Source of the DNA: Acidimicrobiales bacterium
Lineage (GTDB): Bacteria; Actinomycetota; Acidimicrobiia; Acidimicrobiales; Salinilacustritrichaceae
Assembly: GCA_035764875.1 (NCBI GenBank)
Contig: DASTYO010000154.1
Coordinates: forward strand, 1,503 to 33,502
Direction of reading: 5' to 3'
DNA length: 32,000 bases
The notes under the pieces are model-generated. The model ran no database searches, was not told where the DNA came from, and saw only the letters and a program-made list of their open reading frames with translations. The position numbers were made by a program, and so were the translations under genes. How positions within the stretch are numbered: the stretch's first letter is position 1; the number at the start of each line of letters is the position of its first letter. This document shows positions 1 through 9,200 of this stretch, one piece after another.

Positions 1-467
1 CCCCGGCCCTGCCCCTGGCCCAGGCGGTCGGACGCCTCGGCAACTGGTTCAACCAGGAGCTCTTCGGTCGCCCCACCGACCTGCCGTGGGGCCTGGAGAT
101 CGACCCCGAGCACCGCCCGGCCGGGTACGGGTCGGTCGAGACGTTCCACCCCACGTTCCTCTACGAGGCGCTCTGGAACGTGGCGCTCGCGCTGTTCCTG
201 ATCTGGCTCGGGCACCACCGGCGGATGCGGGCCGGCCAGCTGTTCTGGGTGTACGTCGGGGGCTACGGGCTGGGCCGTCTGTGGGTGGAGGCGCTGCGCA
301 TCGACACGGCGACGCGCATCGCCGGCGTGCGGGTCAACATCTGGGTCAGCTCGTTCACGATCCTGGCGGCGGCCGCCGTCTTCCTGTGGCGGCAGCGCCA
401 CGCGCCGCCCGCAGCCGAGCCGGCTGCGGCCACGACCACCGAACCCACCGTGGAGGACGGCACATGA
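1..467 (+). CDS. lgt: prolipoprotein diacylglyceryl transferase, C-terminal part (5' end outside window)
   Basis: Frame +3 is open from nt 3 to TGA 465-467; the ORF track lists only the internal GTG at 180. The translation PALPLAQAVGRLGNWFNQELFGRPTDLPWGLEI...ETFHPTFLYEALWN carries the Lgt GRxGN(F/W)xNxELxG and HPTFLYE blocks, followed by hydrophobic helices. Confidence 0.85.
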   Translation, partial: PALPLAQAVGRLGNWFNQELFGRPTDLPWGLEIDPEHRPAGYGSVETFHPTFLYEALWNVALALFLIWLGHHRRMRAGQLFWVYVGGYGLGRLWVEALRIDTATRIAGVRVNIWVSSFTILAAAAVFLWRQRHAPPAAEPAAATTTEPTVEDGT

Positions 468-2266
468 CCACCGACCAACCGGTCGCCACCATCGGGCCGG
501 ACGCCAGCGTCGCCGAGGCAGCTGCCGAGATGCAGCGACGCGGTGCGTCGGCGCTGGCGGTGCTCGAGGACGACCGGCTGGTGGGCCTGCTCACCGAGCG
601 CGACCTCGTCCGGGTCATCGTCGACGGCGCCGATCCCGCGGCGGTGCGGGTCCGCCAGCGCATGCGCCTCGACGTCGTCACCGTCCCGCCCGGCACCGAC
701 GCCATGGAGGCGCGCGAGCTCATGGGGCGCCACGCCGTGCGCCACCTGCCGGTGGTGGAGGACGGGCGGGTGATCGGGCTCATCGAGCAGACCGAGCCCC
801 GCACCGGGCTGCACTTCCACGAGCACCGGGTGCGCGAGGCCGGCCCCGACCCTGCGCCCATCGCCGACTTCCGGGGCCCGTACGCCGACGGCCCGCCTCC
901 CTCGCACCTCGAGGTCGACGCGCCCGAGCTGTCGCACTTCGGCCTCGCCGAGGTCCGCCGGGGCATCGTCATCTGGTGGACGCTCACGTGGTGCGTCGTC
1001 CGAGCGCTCCTGCGCCGCCGGTTCGCGCTGCTCCGCCGGCGTGACGTCGCCGGGTGGTGGGATGCCGCCTCGGAAGGCGCGGTCGACGCGTTCGAGAAGC
1101 TCGGTCCCGCCTTCGTGAAGCTCGGCCAGATCATGGCGTCCTCGCCGGGCGTCTTCCCGGAGCCGCTCGCCGACGCCTGCCAGCGGACGCTCGACGAGGT
1201 GCCGCCGTTCGACAGCGAGACGGCGCGACGCATCATCGAGGAGGACCTGGGCCGACCGCCCGAGGAGCTCTTCCGGTTCTTCGACGACAAGCCGCTGTCC
1301 GCCGCGTCCATCGGCCAGGTGCACGCCTGCGTCCTGCCCGACGGGCGCCAGGCCGTGCTCAAGCTGCAGCGCCCGGGCGTCCGGGCGCTGATGACCACCG
1401 ACCTGCGCATCCTGTGGCGAATCGCGACGCTGGCCGAGAAGTGGGACTGGCTGTCGTCGGCCGACCCGGTGGCCATCGTCGAGGACACCGCCTACGTGAA
1501 CTTCCAGGAGCTCGTCCCGGCGCTCGAGGCGAAGCGGCAGGCTGAGTTCCGGGAGAAGATCTGGTTCTTCGGCGACAACGCCAACATCACCGCGCCCGAG
1601 GTGTACTGGAACTGGTGCGGCCCGCGGATCATCTGCATGGAGCGGATGACCGGCACCCCGCTCGACGAGTTCGAGGCCATGGCCCGGCAGGGCATCGACG
1701 GCGAGCTCATGCTCCGCTGGGGAGCCAAGGTGTGGATCGAGTCGGTGTGCGTGCACGGCCCGTTCCACGGCGACATGCACGCCGGCAACATCTGGTTCCT
1801 GCCCGACGGGCGGGCCAGCTTCCTCGACTTCGGGATCATGGGCGAGCTGACGCCCGAGTACCGCGACGTCATCAAGGACATCCTCTACACCTGCATGATC
1901 GACGGCGACTTCACCCGCATCGCCCGGGCGTACCGCAAGGTCGGCGTGTTCCCCGACGACGTCGGCTCCGACGAGGAGCTGGGCATGCGCCTGTCGATGA
2001 TCCTCGGCCCGATGCTCGAGGCCGGCATCGGCGGCATGAACCTCGGCGAGATGCTGAAGATGAGCATCGACCTCATGGACAGCTACGGGGCGAAGGGCCC
2101 GCGGGAGCTGGTGCTCATCGCCAAGCAGCTCGCGTACATGGAGCGCTACGCGAAGGGCATGGCCCCCGACTACCGGATCATCCAGGACCTGTACCTGGTG
2201 AAGAACATCTTCCCGGAGGCGGTCGAGGCCAAGGCGGCCGAGCTCGGCATCGAGGTCCCGGCGTAG
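464..2266 (+). CDS. CBS-pair domain fused to ABC1/UbiB (AarF)-family atypical kinase
   Basis: ATG 464 follows GGAGGA (452-457) and overlaps the lgt stop (ATGA). The N-terminal ~115 aa form a CBS pair (VLEDDRLVGLLTERDLV; RHLPVVEDGRVIGLI). The ABC1 blocks follow: FEKLGPAFVKLGQIMASSPGVFP, AASIGQVHA, VLKLQRPG, HGDMHAGNI, LDFG. High GC3 throughout. Confidence 0.85.
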   Translation: MTTDQPVATIGPDASVAEAAAEMQRRGASALAVLEDDRLVGLLTERDLVRVIVDGADPAAVRVRQRMRLDVVTVPPGTDAMEARELMGRHAVRHLPVVEDGRVIGLIEQTEPRTGLHFHEHRVREAGPDPAPIADFRGPYADGPPPSHLEVDAPELSHFGLAEVRRGIVIWWTLTWCVVRALLRRRFALLRRRDVAGWWDAASEGAVDAFEKLGPAFVKLGQIMASSPGVFPEPLADACQRTLDEVPPFDSETARRIIEEDLGRPPEELFRFFDDKPLSAASIGQVHACVLPDGRQAVLKLQRPGVRALMTTDLRILWRIATLAEKWDWLSSADPVAIVEDTAYVNFQELVPALEAKRQAEFREKIWFFGDNANITAPEVYWNWCGPRIICMERMTGTPLDEFEAMARQGIDGELMLRWGAKVWIESVCVHGPFHGDMHAGNIWFLPDGRASFLDFGIMGELTPEYRDVIKDILYTCMIDGDFTRIARAYRKVGVFPDDVGSDEELGMRLSMILGPMLEAGIGGMNLGEMLKMSIDLMDSYGAKGPRELVLIAKQLAYMERYAKGMAPDYRIIQDLYLVKNIFPEAVEAKAAELGIEVPA

Positions 2267-2291
2267 GCCGGGAAGGGACAGCCTTCCGGCC
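2266..2291 (+). terminator. stem-loop abutting the kinase stop codon (terminator-like, no U-tract)
   Basis: GGCCG(G)GAAGG-GACAG-CCTTCCGGCC gives a 10-bp stem with one bulged G and a 5-nt loop, starting at the last base of TAG 2264-2266. It sits in the 48-nt gap before the amidase gene. No T-run follows, so its function is uncertain. Confidence 0.3.
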
Positions 2292-2314
2292 GCACGTCGC
2301 TAGGTTCTGCGGCC

Positions 2315-3709
2315 ATGGACGCACCATGGTCTGGGGATGCGGTGTCGCTCGTCGAGGCGTTCCGCGCCGGTGAGCGATCGCCGCTGGAGGAGCTCGACGC
2401 AACGCTTTCCGCCATCGAGGCGTCGGGGCTGAACGCGTTCAGCCACGTCGACCCCGAGCGCGCCCGCAAGGCAGCTGCCGACGCCGATGTCGCCGCGCCC
2501 TTCGGTGGCGTGCCCATCGGGGTCAAGGAGCTCGGCAACGTCGAGGGCTGGCCTGCCACGCACGCCTCGGTGGCCCTGGCCGACCAGGTCGCCGACCACA
2601 CCGACACGCACGTGCAGCGGCTGGAGGCCGCCGGCTCCGTGCTCGTCGGGCTCACCACGTCCAGCGAGTTCGGCGGCGTCAACCAGACGCGCACCAAGCT
2701 CAACGGCGCCACGCGCAACCCCTGGGACCTCGACCGGACGCCGGGCGGGTCGTCGGGCGGCACCGCCGCCGCGGTGGCGGCCGGCATCGTCACCCTCGGC
2801 ACCGCGGGCGACGGCGGCGGCTCCATCCGCATCCCGGCCGGCTTCTGCGGGATGGTGGGCCTGAAGTGCACGTGGGGGCGCATCCCGCGCGGCCCGCGCG
2901 TCGGACCCGGCAACCTCACCGCCGTGCCCGGGTGCGTGAGCCGATCGGTGCGCGACACCGCCCGCTGGTTCGACGTGGTGAACGGCTTCGACCCGCGCGA
3001 TCCGCTGAGCCTGCCCCGCGTCGAGGGTTGGGAGGCCGGTCTCGGCTCGTTGCTGCCCGAGCTCGCCGGGCGACGAGCAGCGATCGTCGTCGACATCGGC
3101 CAAGCCGTCGTCGCGCCCGAGGTCGTCGAGATCGTCACCGCTGCGGCCGAGGCGCTCATCGCCGACGTCGGCCTCCGCCGGGTGGACGTCTCCGTGCGCC
3201 TCCCCCGCACCGGCGGGGCGTGGGGCGTCACCGGCAGCGTCTGGGTGGCCGAGGAGCTGGGCGACCGGTGGCCGGCCTGCGCCGACGACCTCACGCCCGC
3301 CATGCGGCGCGCCGTGGAGGGCGCCTACGAGCACTTCGACGCCCGTGCGGCGATCCAGGCGGAGCGCCGGCGCATCGAGCTGAACGAGGCGATGGCCGAC
3401 CTGTTCGCGCAGGCCGACGTGGTGCTCGCCGCCACCAACCCCGACGTCGCCTTCGCCGCCGACGCACGACCGCCCACCACGTTCGGCGGGCTCGAGGCGC
3501 CGCCGATCAACCACGGTGCCCTCACCATCCCGTCGAACATCTACGGCAACCCGGCCATCTCCATCCCCGTCGGCCAGGCGTCGGACGGGCTGCCCGTGGG
3601 GTTGCAGGTGCTGGCCCCGCACCACCACGAGCAGGTGCTGCTCGACCTGGCGCTGGCGGTCGAGCGCGAGCGGCCCTGGCCGCTGGTGGCGCCGGGCGCA
3701 CCGCACTGA
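2315..3709 (+). CDS. amidase-signature (AS) family amidase
   Basis: GGSSGGTAAAVAAG and GGSIRIPA serine motifs plus the upstream GVKE lysine (Ser-cisSer-Lys triad). 464 aa is the typical length. Confidence 0.9.
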   Translation: MDAPWSGDAVSLVEAFRAGERSPLEELDATLSAIEASGLNAFSHVDPERARKAAADADVAAPFGGVPIGVKELGNVEGWPATHASVALADQVADHTDTHVQRLEAAGSVLVGLTTSSEFGGVNQTRTKLNGATRNPWDLDRTPGGSSGGTAAAVAAGIVTLGTAGDGGGSIRIPAGFCGMVGLKCTWGRIPRGPRVGPGNLTAVPGCVSRSVRDTARWFDVVNGFDPRDPLSLPRVEGWEAGLGSLLPELAGRRAAIVVDIGQAVVAPEVVEIVTAAAEALIADVGLRRVDVSVRLPRTGGAWGVTGSVWVAEELGDRWPACADDLTPAMRRAVEGAYEHFDARAAIQAERRRIELNEAMADLFAQADVVLAATNPDVAFAADARPPTTFGGLEAPPINHGALTIPSNIYGNPAISIPVGQASDGLPVGLQVLAPHHHEQVLLDLALAVERERPWPLVAPGAPH

Positions 3710-3723
3710 CCGACGCAGCGCTG

Positions 3724-4086
3724 TCAGTCGATGGCAGGGTTGTGGTCGGTCGGCGGCGCGTCGGTGGCGTAGCAACCGTCGCTGGCGCCGGGTGCGCCGG
3801 CATCGGGGCCATGGTGGGCGGTCTCGATGCCATACATCGCGCCAGACAGCGTGTGGCCCGAGTTGATGGGCTCCCCGACGTCCACGCAGAAGGTCGCCAA
3901 GCCGTTCACGACGACGACCGCTCCATGGTTCCGGTCGTTCGCCAGGTACACCTTGTGGCCCGAGTCGCTCGGGCCCGTCTTGACGTGATGGACCTCGTGC
4001 GCGGCGACCGGCGCCGCAGCGGTCAGCACCGCAGCTGCCACGACGGCGCCCGCCGCCAGCGCACGGATCCCGTTGCTCTTCTCCAC
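3724..4086 (-). CDS. small secreted His-rich protein, function unknown
   Basis: GTG start with GGAGGAG 7 nt upstream. Signal-peptide-like N-terminus MEKSNGIRALAAGAVVAAAVLTAAAPVAA|HEVHH. The predicted mature ~89 aa has 8 His and 2 Cys. I recognise no family. Confidence 0.65.
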   Translation of the reverse strand: MEKSNGIRALAAGAVVAAAVLTAAAPVAAHEVHHVKTGPSDSGHKVYLANDRNHGAVVVVNGLATFCVDVGEPINSGHTLSGAMYGIETAHHGPDAGAPGASDGCYATDAPPTDHNPAID

Positions 4087-4136
4087 TGGTGTTCTCCTCC
4101 CGTCGTGCGGCCGACGCGGCCTTCTGTGCCACCGGA

Positions 4137-4168
4137 TGCAAGGTCCGGGGTCCCGGCCCCTCCTTGCA
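4137..4168 (-). promoter_or_regulatory. inverted repeat between LAL-regulator stop and small secreted-protein gene (terminator or operator)
   Basis: TGCAAGG (4137-4143) and CCTTGCA (4162-4168) are perfect 7-bp arms enclosing GGGG..CCCC / CCGGG..CCCGG self-complementary segments. It lies in the 117-nt gap between two co-directional minus-strand genes. Confidence 0.3.
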
Positions 4169-4203
4169 CCTTCCGGAGACCGTACGAAGGGAACGTCAGC
4201 GGA

Positions 4204-6957
4204 TCATCGGGGAGATCCCTCATCCCGCAGGAGCGCAGCGAGCTCCGTGCGGTTGCGCACGCCCAGCTTCGCCAGGATGTTGGAGACGTGCCGCTCGACC
4301 GTCTTGCGTGAGAGGAACAGGTGGGCGGCGATCTCCGGGTTCGTCGCGCCCTCGGCGGCGAGGCGGGCGACTTCGTGCTCGCGGTCTGTGAGCGAGCCAG
4401 GCCGGCCCCCGCCGCGACGCCAGGTTCGCACGCCGAGGCGCCGCAGCGCCTGCTCGGCACGGGCCTCCTCGGTGACCGCCCCGATGTCGATCGCCACGGT
4501 GGCCGCGAGCCGGTAGCGCTCGATCGCCTGCGTTCGATGGGTCCGTTCGAGGACCTCGGCAGCGTCGAGGTTCGACCACAGCGCGTCGAAGCGCATGTCG
4601 AGGTCCTCCGCGCGCTCGACCGCGCGGTCGAACATCGCCACCGCACGCTCGTCGTCACCCACCGCGGCAGCGAGCCATGCCTGTGCGTTGGCGTGCCATG
4701 CGGCGCTCGGCGTGCCGCTCGGATCGACGCCGGGATGATCGAGCTCCCACCGCTGCATGGCGCCGAGGGCCGCTTCGACCAACCCCACGCGCGCCAGACC
4801 CTCGACGGAACGGACCTCGAGCTCGCCGCGGCAGCGCGCGCACCCGACCTGGTCGATGTCGCGCTGGGCAGCGGCGAACGTCGTCGCCACGCTGCCGGCG
4901 TGCCCGCGTCCGAGCAGCCTCGCTTGGAGGAGGAGGAGCTCGAGCTGGGCCGCCACACGGTGGTGCGGTTCCGGATGGGTGCGCACGACCTGCGCGAGTG
5001 CATCCACGGCAGCTCGCCAGTCGCGCCGTGACGCACCGATGAAGTGCGCGGGGGCGGCCACGGGCATCTGCAGGGAGGCGAGGTGCCCGATGCCCGCCGC
5101 GAGAGCGGCTGCCCGGTTCGCAGTCGCCTCTGCCTCTTCGAGCGCACCGAGGGTTCGCAGGGTCGCTGCCAACCAGAAGGACGCCTCCAGCATGGCCACC
5201 GGCAACACCTTCGCCGTTGCTTCGTCGAGCAGTCGCTCGAGCAGCTCTCGGGCCTCTCGGTAGCGGCCGAGGTAGCGCAGCGCCATCGCCCGGCGCAGGC
5301 GAGCGAAGAGCACGTCCACGCCGTCGCCGCGGCGTGCCGCGACCATCTCGTCGACGAGCTCGAGCATCGCGGGTGGGTCTTCGTCCATCATCGCCCGGTC
5401 GTACGCCGTGCGCAGCGCCACCAGGTGGGCCGGGGAACCCGGTACCGCTCGCCGCGCGAGCTCGAGTGCCGCCGCCGACAGGGTCTGCGCCTCGGCTTGC
5501 CGGTGGTCGAACCACCGGAGGATCGACGACTCGAGCGACAGGGCCCGGACGCGGTGATCACTGTCGTCCATGCCGTCCCGCATGGCGCGCTCGAGCCACA
5601 GCTTCGCCTTCTCACTGTCACGCTGCTCGTACGCGATCTCGGCTGCGCGGAGCGCAGCGCGCGCCCGCTCCATCGGAGACGGAGAGAGCTCTGCGACCTC
5701 TGCCCAGCATGTGAAGGCGACGCTGCGGTGGCCCAGGGTGCTCGCGACGTGAGCGACGGCCGCGAGCAGCTCGAGCCTCGGTCGACCGTCAGGTGCGTCG
5801 GCGGCGGTCGCGGCGAGCTGCTCCATGCCCTCGCGCCCGAGGAGCCGTGCGCCCGGGGATGTCGCGATGCGGAGCGCGAGCTCGTGCGTCGGCGCACCAG
5901 CGCTCCGGAGGCGGAGCAGCGCCTCGTACAGCGAGATGACATCGGAGCGGGGGTCGCGGACGATCGTCTGCGCGATGGCGGCCTGGAGGCGTGCGGCGAG
6001 CGGGGGCGGTGTCTCAGCTGCAGCCGCCCCACGCAGCAGGTCGTGGGCGAGTGCGAGCGCGGGACCGCTCTCGACGATCAGCCCACGGCCGGCCAGCTCC
6101 GCCGCTGCAGCATCGACGCGTTGGCGCTCCCAACCGGTGACGGCGGCGATCTCGTCCGACGCGACAGATCGGCCCCACACGGCCAGGAGCGAGAGGAGCA
6201 GCGAGGCATCTGTCGAACAGCTCGCAGCGCGCCTCCTGAGCAGATCGAGCGCGTCGTCGCGCGTGCCGTCGGTTCGCGCCAGTGCCTGCACCCAGAACGG
6301 CGATCCCGCTGCTCTTTCGACCAGGGCTGCGGCCTCTTGGTCGGCGAGATCCGGGTTGGTCCGCAGCGCGAGCTCGCGGGCGTCCTCGACGGGCAGCGGC
6401 GGGACGTCGATCAGCACGAAGCGGCGTCCGAGGACGCGGTCGAGAGCGGTCGCCGCTCGGCCAGCGCTCGCGCCCGGCCGCGACGCGACCATCACGGTCA
6501 GCGGTCGCCCAGACGCGTCCGCGGCGACGACGAGGTGGTGGAGCAGCGCGGCCGACGTGTCATCGACCCACTGCAGGTCGTCCACGGTGAGCACGATGGA
6601 GCCGAACACGCCCAGCGCACGATGGACCAGCTCGAACGCCTGGATGGCGGCGAGCGGGCTCGAACCGAGCCCGTCCCCGAACAGCACGCGGTCGAGGGGA
6701 GCTCCGACGTCGGTGTGGGCCACGCGCCGGAGGAGCGGCATCGCGGCCGAGAGGGCGACGTCGCGCTCCGGCTCGTGTCCGACGAGACCGACGTGCGTGG
6801 CCGTCGCCGATGCGATCGCCTTCCGCACGAGCGCCGTCTTCCCGGCGCCTGGTGGACCGACGATCAGGCATGCATGGGGCCCGCAGAGGCGCTCGGCATC
6901 GTCGAGCAGCGCGCCGATGGTGGAGAGCTCCCTCGACCGCCCGACGAAGATGTCCAC
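4204..6957 (-). CDS. LAL-type transcriptional regulator (AAA+ NTPase, helical/TPR-like region, LuxR-family HTH)
   Basis: N-terminal FVGRSRELSTIGALL with Walker A GPPGAGKT and Walker B-like LTVDDLQWVD. Long Ala/Leu/Arg-rich helical middle. C-terminal LTDREHEVARLAAEGATNPEIAAHLFLSRKTVERHVSNILAKLGV is a LuxR/GerE HTH. Confidence 0.9.
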   Translation of the reverse strand: MDIFVGRSRELSTIGALLDDAERLCGPHACLIVGPPGAGKTALVRKAIASATATHVGLVGHEPERDVALSAAMPLLRRVAHTDVGAPLDRVLFGDGLGSSPLAAIQAFELVHRALGVFGSIVLTVDDLQWVDDTSAALLHHLVVAADASGRPLTVMVASRPGASAGRAATALDRVLGRRFVLIDVPPLPVEDARELALRTNPDLADQEAAALVERAAGSPFWVQALARTDGTRDDALDLLRRRAASCSTDASLLLSLLAVWGRSVASDEIAAVTGWERQRVDAAAAELAGRGLIVESGPALALAHDLLRGAAAAETPPPLAARLQAAIAQTIVRDPRSDVISLYEALLRLRSAGAPTHELALRIATSPGARLLGREGMEQLAATAADAPDGRPRLELLAAVAHVASTLGHRSVAFTCWAEVAELSPSPMERARAALRAAEIAYEQRDSEKAKLWLERAMRDGMDDSDHRVRALSLESSILRWFDHRQAEAQTLSAAALELARRAVPGSPAHLVALRTAYDRAMMDEDPPAMLELVDEMVAARRGDGVDVLFARLRRAMALRYLGRYREARELLERLLDEATAKVLPVAMLEASFWLAATLRTLGALEEAEATANRAAALAAGIGHLASLQMPVAAPAHFIGASRRDWRAAVDALAQVVRTHPEPHHRVAAQLELLLLQARLLGRGHAGSVATTFAAAQRDIDQVGCARCRGELEVRSVEGLARVGLVEAALGAMQRWELDHPGVDPSGTPSAAWHANAQAWLAAAVGDDERAVAMFDRAVERAEDLDMRFDALWSNLDAAEVLERTHRTQAIERYRLAATVAIDIGAVTEEARAEQALRRLGVRTWRRGGGRPGSLTDREHEVARLAAEGATNPEIAAHLFLSRKTVERHVSNILAKLGVRNRTELAALLRDEGSPR

Positions 6958-7120
6958 TGAACGGGAGGATACGGAAAGCCGGACCGCGGCGGTAGACCGC
7001 TCGACGACCGTCCGCTCCGTGGCCGTGCCGCCCGAGGGCCGGCGACAGACTCGTCACACGCGCACGTTCGCGCCCCGATCGGAGCGCCGGACCGGGCTCC
7101 GACCTCCGTAGCCTGGAGCG

Positions 7121-8143
7121 ATGGCCAGCCCGATCCTGCAGACCGTGCGCCTCGGCGCGCCGCCGTGGCCCACCGTCGACCCGTTCCTGTTCTGCGTGCA
7201 CCACGTCGACGCCTACCCGGCCGGCAACCTCCACCTCGGCCCCGACGCCGACCTGCGGGGCCGCAGCATCGGCCAGGACTTCTCGGCGACCGACGGCTGG
7301 AACATGTACCACGGCTCGGTCGTGCCCGGCTTCCCCTCGCACCCGCACCGCGGCTTCGAGACCATCACGTACGTGCGGCGCGGCCTCGTCGACCACGCCG
7401 ACTCCCTCGGCGCCGCCGCCCGCTACGGCAAGGGCGACGTCCAGTGGATGACCGCCGGCCGGGGCATCCAGCACGCCGAGATGTTCCCGCTGCTCGACCC
7501 CGACGGCCCCAACCCCATGGAGCTGTTCCAGATCTGGCTCAACCTCCCCGCCGAGGACAAGATGGTCGAGCCGAGCTACAAGATGCTCTGGGACGACGAG
7601 ATCCCCCGCGTGCCGGTCGAGGGCGAGGGTGAGATCACCGTGATCGCCGGGGCCATCCCGGGGCCGTCCGGGCTCGTCGTGCCGCCGTCGCCGGCGCCCG
7701 ACTCGTGGGCCGCCCGAGCCGACACCGACGTCGCGCTGTGGCACGTCCGCCTCGGTGCCGGCGGGTCCACGGTGCTGCCGCCGGCCCGGTTCCCCGACAC
7801 CGCCCGGGTGCTCTACGTCTTCGACGGCGACGGGCTGTCCGTCGCGGGGTCGGAGCACGACGTGCCCACCGGCATCGTCGTCGACGCGGCGCAGGAGGTG
7901 CCGCTGGCGGCCGTCGGTGGCGGCGTGGACGTGCTCGTGATGCAGGGTCGGCCCATCGGCGAGCCGGTCGCCCAGTACGGCCCGTTCGTGATGAACACCA
8001 AGGCCGAGATCCAGCAGGCGTTCGAGGACTACCAGCGCGACCACTTCGGCGGCTGGCCCTGGGACCGTCCCGACCCGGTCCACGGGCGCGACCCGCAGCG
8101 CTTCGCCCGCCACGCCGACGGGCGTGAGGAGCTGGCCTCCTGA
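7121..8143 (+). CDS. pirin-family cupin protein
   Basis: HPHRGFETITYVRRGLVDHADSLG and IQHAEMFP cupin metal-site blocks typical of pirin/YhhW-like proteins. Confidence 0.9.
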   Translation: MASPILQTVRLGAPPWPTVDPFLFCVHHVDAYPAGNLHLGPDADLRGRSIGQDFSATDGWNMYHGSVVPGFPSHPHRGFETITYVRRGLVDHADSLGAAARYGKGDVQWMTAGRGIQHAEMFPLLDPDGPNPMELFQIWLNLPAEDKMVEPSYKMLWDDEIPRVPVEGEGEITVIAGAIPGPSGLVVPPSPAPDSWAARADTDVALWHVRLGAGGSTVLPPARFPDTARVLYVFDGDGLSVAGSEHDVPTGIVVDAAQEVPLAAVGGGVDVLVMQGRPIGEPVAQYGPFVMNTKAEIQQAFEDYQRDHFGGWPWDRPDPVHGRDPQRFARHADGREELAS

Positions 8144-8147
8144 TCGA

Positions 8148-9161
8148 TCAGGCGGCGGCGTCGAACTCCTGCAGCACGCGCTCGGCCTCCGGATGGGCGC
8201 CGATGCGGTCGAGCAGGACCTGGCGCTGCTGGTCGGCCTCGAGCGCCGGCTTGTCGACCACCGCCCACTTCACGAGGTCGTCCCAGAACCGGTCGATGAC
8301 CGTGGCGCCCGAGATGGTGCCCCCGTCCACCGTGCGGAACGTGCAGTGCCGGATCTCGCCCAGGTAGAGGCGCAGCGAGGACACGTGGATCTCCTCGTCG
8401 GTGCGGATCCGCCCGATGATCTCGGCGGCCTCCTCGGCCTGCGCGGCGCGCGCTCCCCACAGGTCCGGCGTGCGGAGCACGGCCTGGGTCTCCGAGAACC
8501 CGAGCTCGGCGCGGAACTCGATGAGCAGCAGGTTGGCGAGGAACGACACCAGGCCCTCGATGTCGCCCCGCAGCTCGGGGATGCGACGCTCGTCGTCGGG
8601 CCGGGCGATGGTCTCGGGCGGCTCCACGTCGGGGAAGGCACCTTCGCCGAACGCGAGGTCGCGAGCCACGAACCACATCTCGTCGTGACCGCCGATGCCC
8701 TGGTCGGGAAGGCCTCCCTCGTCGAGGCCGTGGGCGAGGAGCAGGCCCTCGTTCAGGTGCCCGATGCCCATCTCGGAGATGTCCTCGACGATCACGTCCT
8801 GCAGGTCGGGGAACGTGATGTCAGCCAGCAGGCGGCCCTTGGCCTCGATCTTGCCGATGATGGTGAGGCTGTTCCAGAACGTCTCGCCCAGGTCGTTGCG
8901 CAGCAGCACCCGCTGCTGCTCGACGTTGGGCAGGCGGGCGCCGTCGAGCAGCGATGCGTCGGCGTCGAACAGGTCGCCGCCCCGCTCCCGCAGCGCCTCG
9001 GCCCACGCGTCGACCGCGGGCGCCCGCACCGCCGTGCGCGGCGGCTGGTAGGTGCCGTCGGCGAGGAAGCCGCCGTGCATCCGACGCCCGGCCACGACCT
9101 GTGGCTCGGCGTAGTCGTGGTCGGCGAGGAGCTCGTCTCGGGTGTAGCGGAGCTTGCGCAT
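8148..9161 (-). CDS. hypothetical acidic helical protein with ExxH motif (possible di-iron/ferritin-like fold)
   Basis: ATG 9161 (MRKLRYTRDELL) with GGGGGA upstream. It is in frame with, but far shorter than, the 748-aa track ORF. High GC3. Candidate metal ligands: IEAKG, EMGIGH, IEFRAE, TDEEIH. The family assignment is a guess. Confidence 0.7.
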   Translation of the reverse strand: MRKLRYTRDELLADHDYAEPQVVAGRRMHGGFLADGTYQPPRTAVRAPAVDAWAEALRERGGDLFDADASLLDGARLPNVEQQRVLLRNDLGETFWNSLTIIGKIEAKGRLLADITFPDLQDVIVEDISEMGIGHLNEGLLLAHGLDEGGLPDQGIGGHDEMWFVARDLAFGEGAFPDVEPPETIARPDDERRIPELRGDIEGLVSFLANLLLIEFRAELGFSETQAVLRTPDLWGARAAQAEEAAEIIGRIRTDEEIHVSSLRLYLGEIRHCTFRTVDGGTISGATVIDRFWDDLVKWAVVDKPALEADQQRQVLLDRIGAHPEAERVLQEFDAAA

Positions 9162-9182
9162 GCGGGTCCCCCTGTCGCTCGT

Positions 9183-9200
9183 CTTGACCCGCCGGTCAAG
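9183..9200. promoter_or_regulatory. 18-bp palindrome in divergent promoter region
   Basis: CTTGACC-cgcc-GGTCAAG has perfect 7-bp arms. Each strand reads a TTGACC -35-like hexamer. It is centred in the 96-bp gap between the 8148-9161(-) and 9258-10367(+) genes. Confidence 0.3.

Noticed and set aside
86-463. N-terminal extension of the 726-aa track ORF (start at 86) for the CBS/ABC1 kinase
   Set aside because: It overlaps the clearly genuine lgt reading frame in another frame and is R/G/P/A-rich with no domain signal. ATG 464 has a GGAGGA SD and the ATGA coupling overlap.
263-4141. Antisense ORFs 263-1780(-), 355-1488(-), 2170-3303(-), 2300-4141(-)
   Set aside because: They lie opposite motif-bearing genes (ABC1 kinase, amidase) and have low-complexity Arg/Pro/Gly/Ser composition. 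They are high-GC shadows.
5044-6960. 638-aa plus-strand ORF and other ORFs overlapping the LAL regulator (4023-5147(-), 5825-7111(+))
   Set aside because: The minus-strand 917-aa frame carries Walker A/B and the LuxR HTH. The alternatives are low-complexity shadows.
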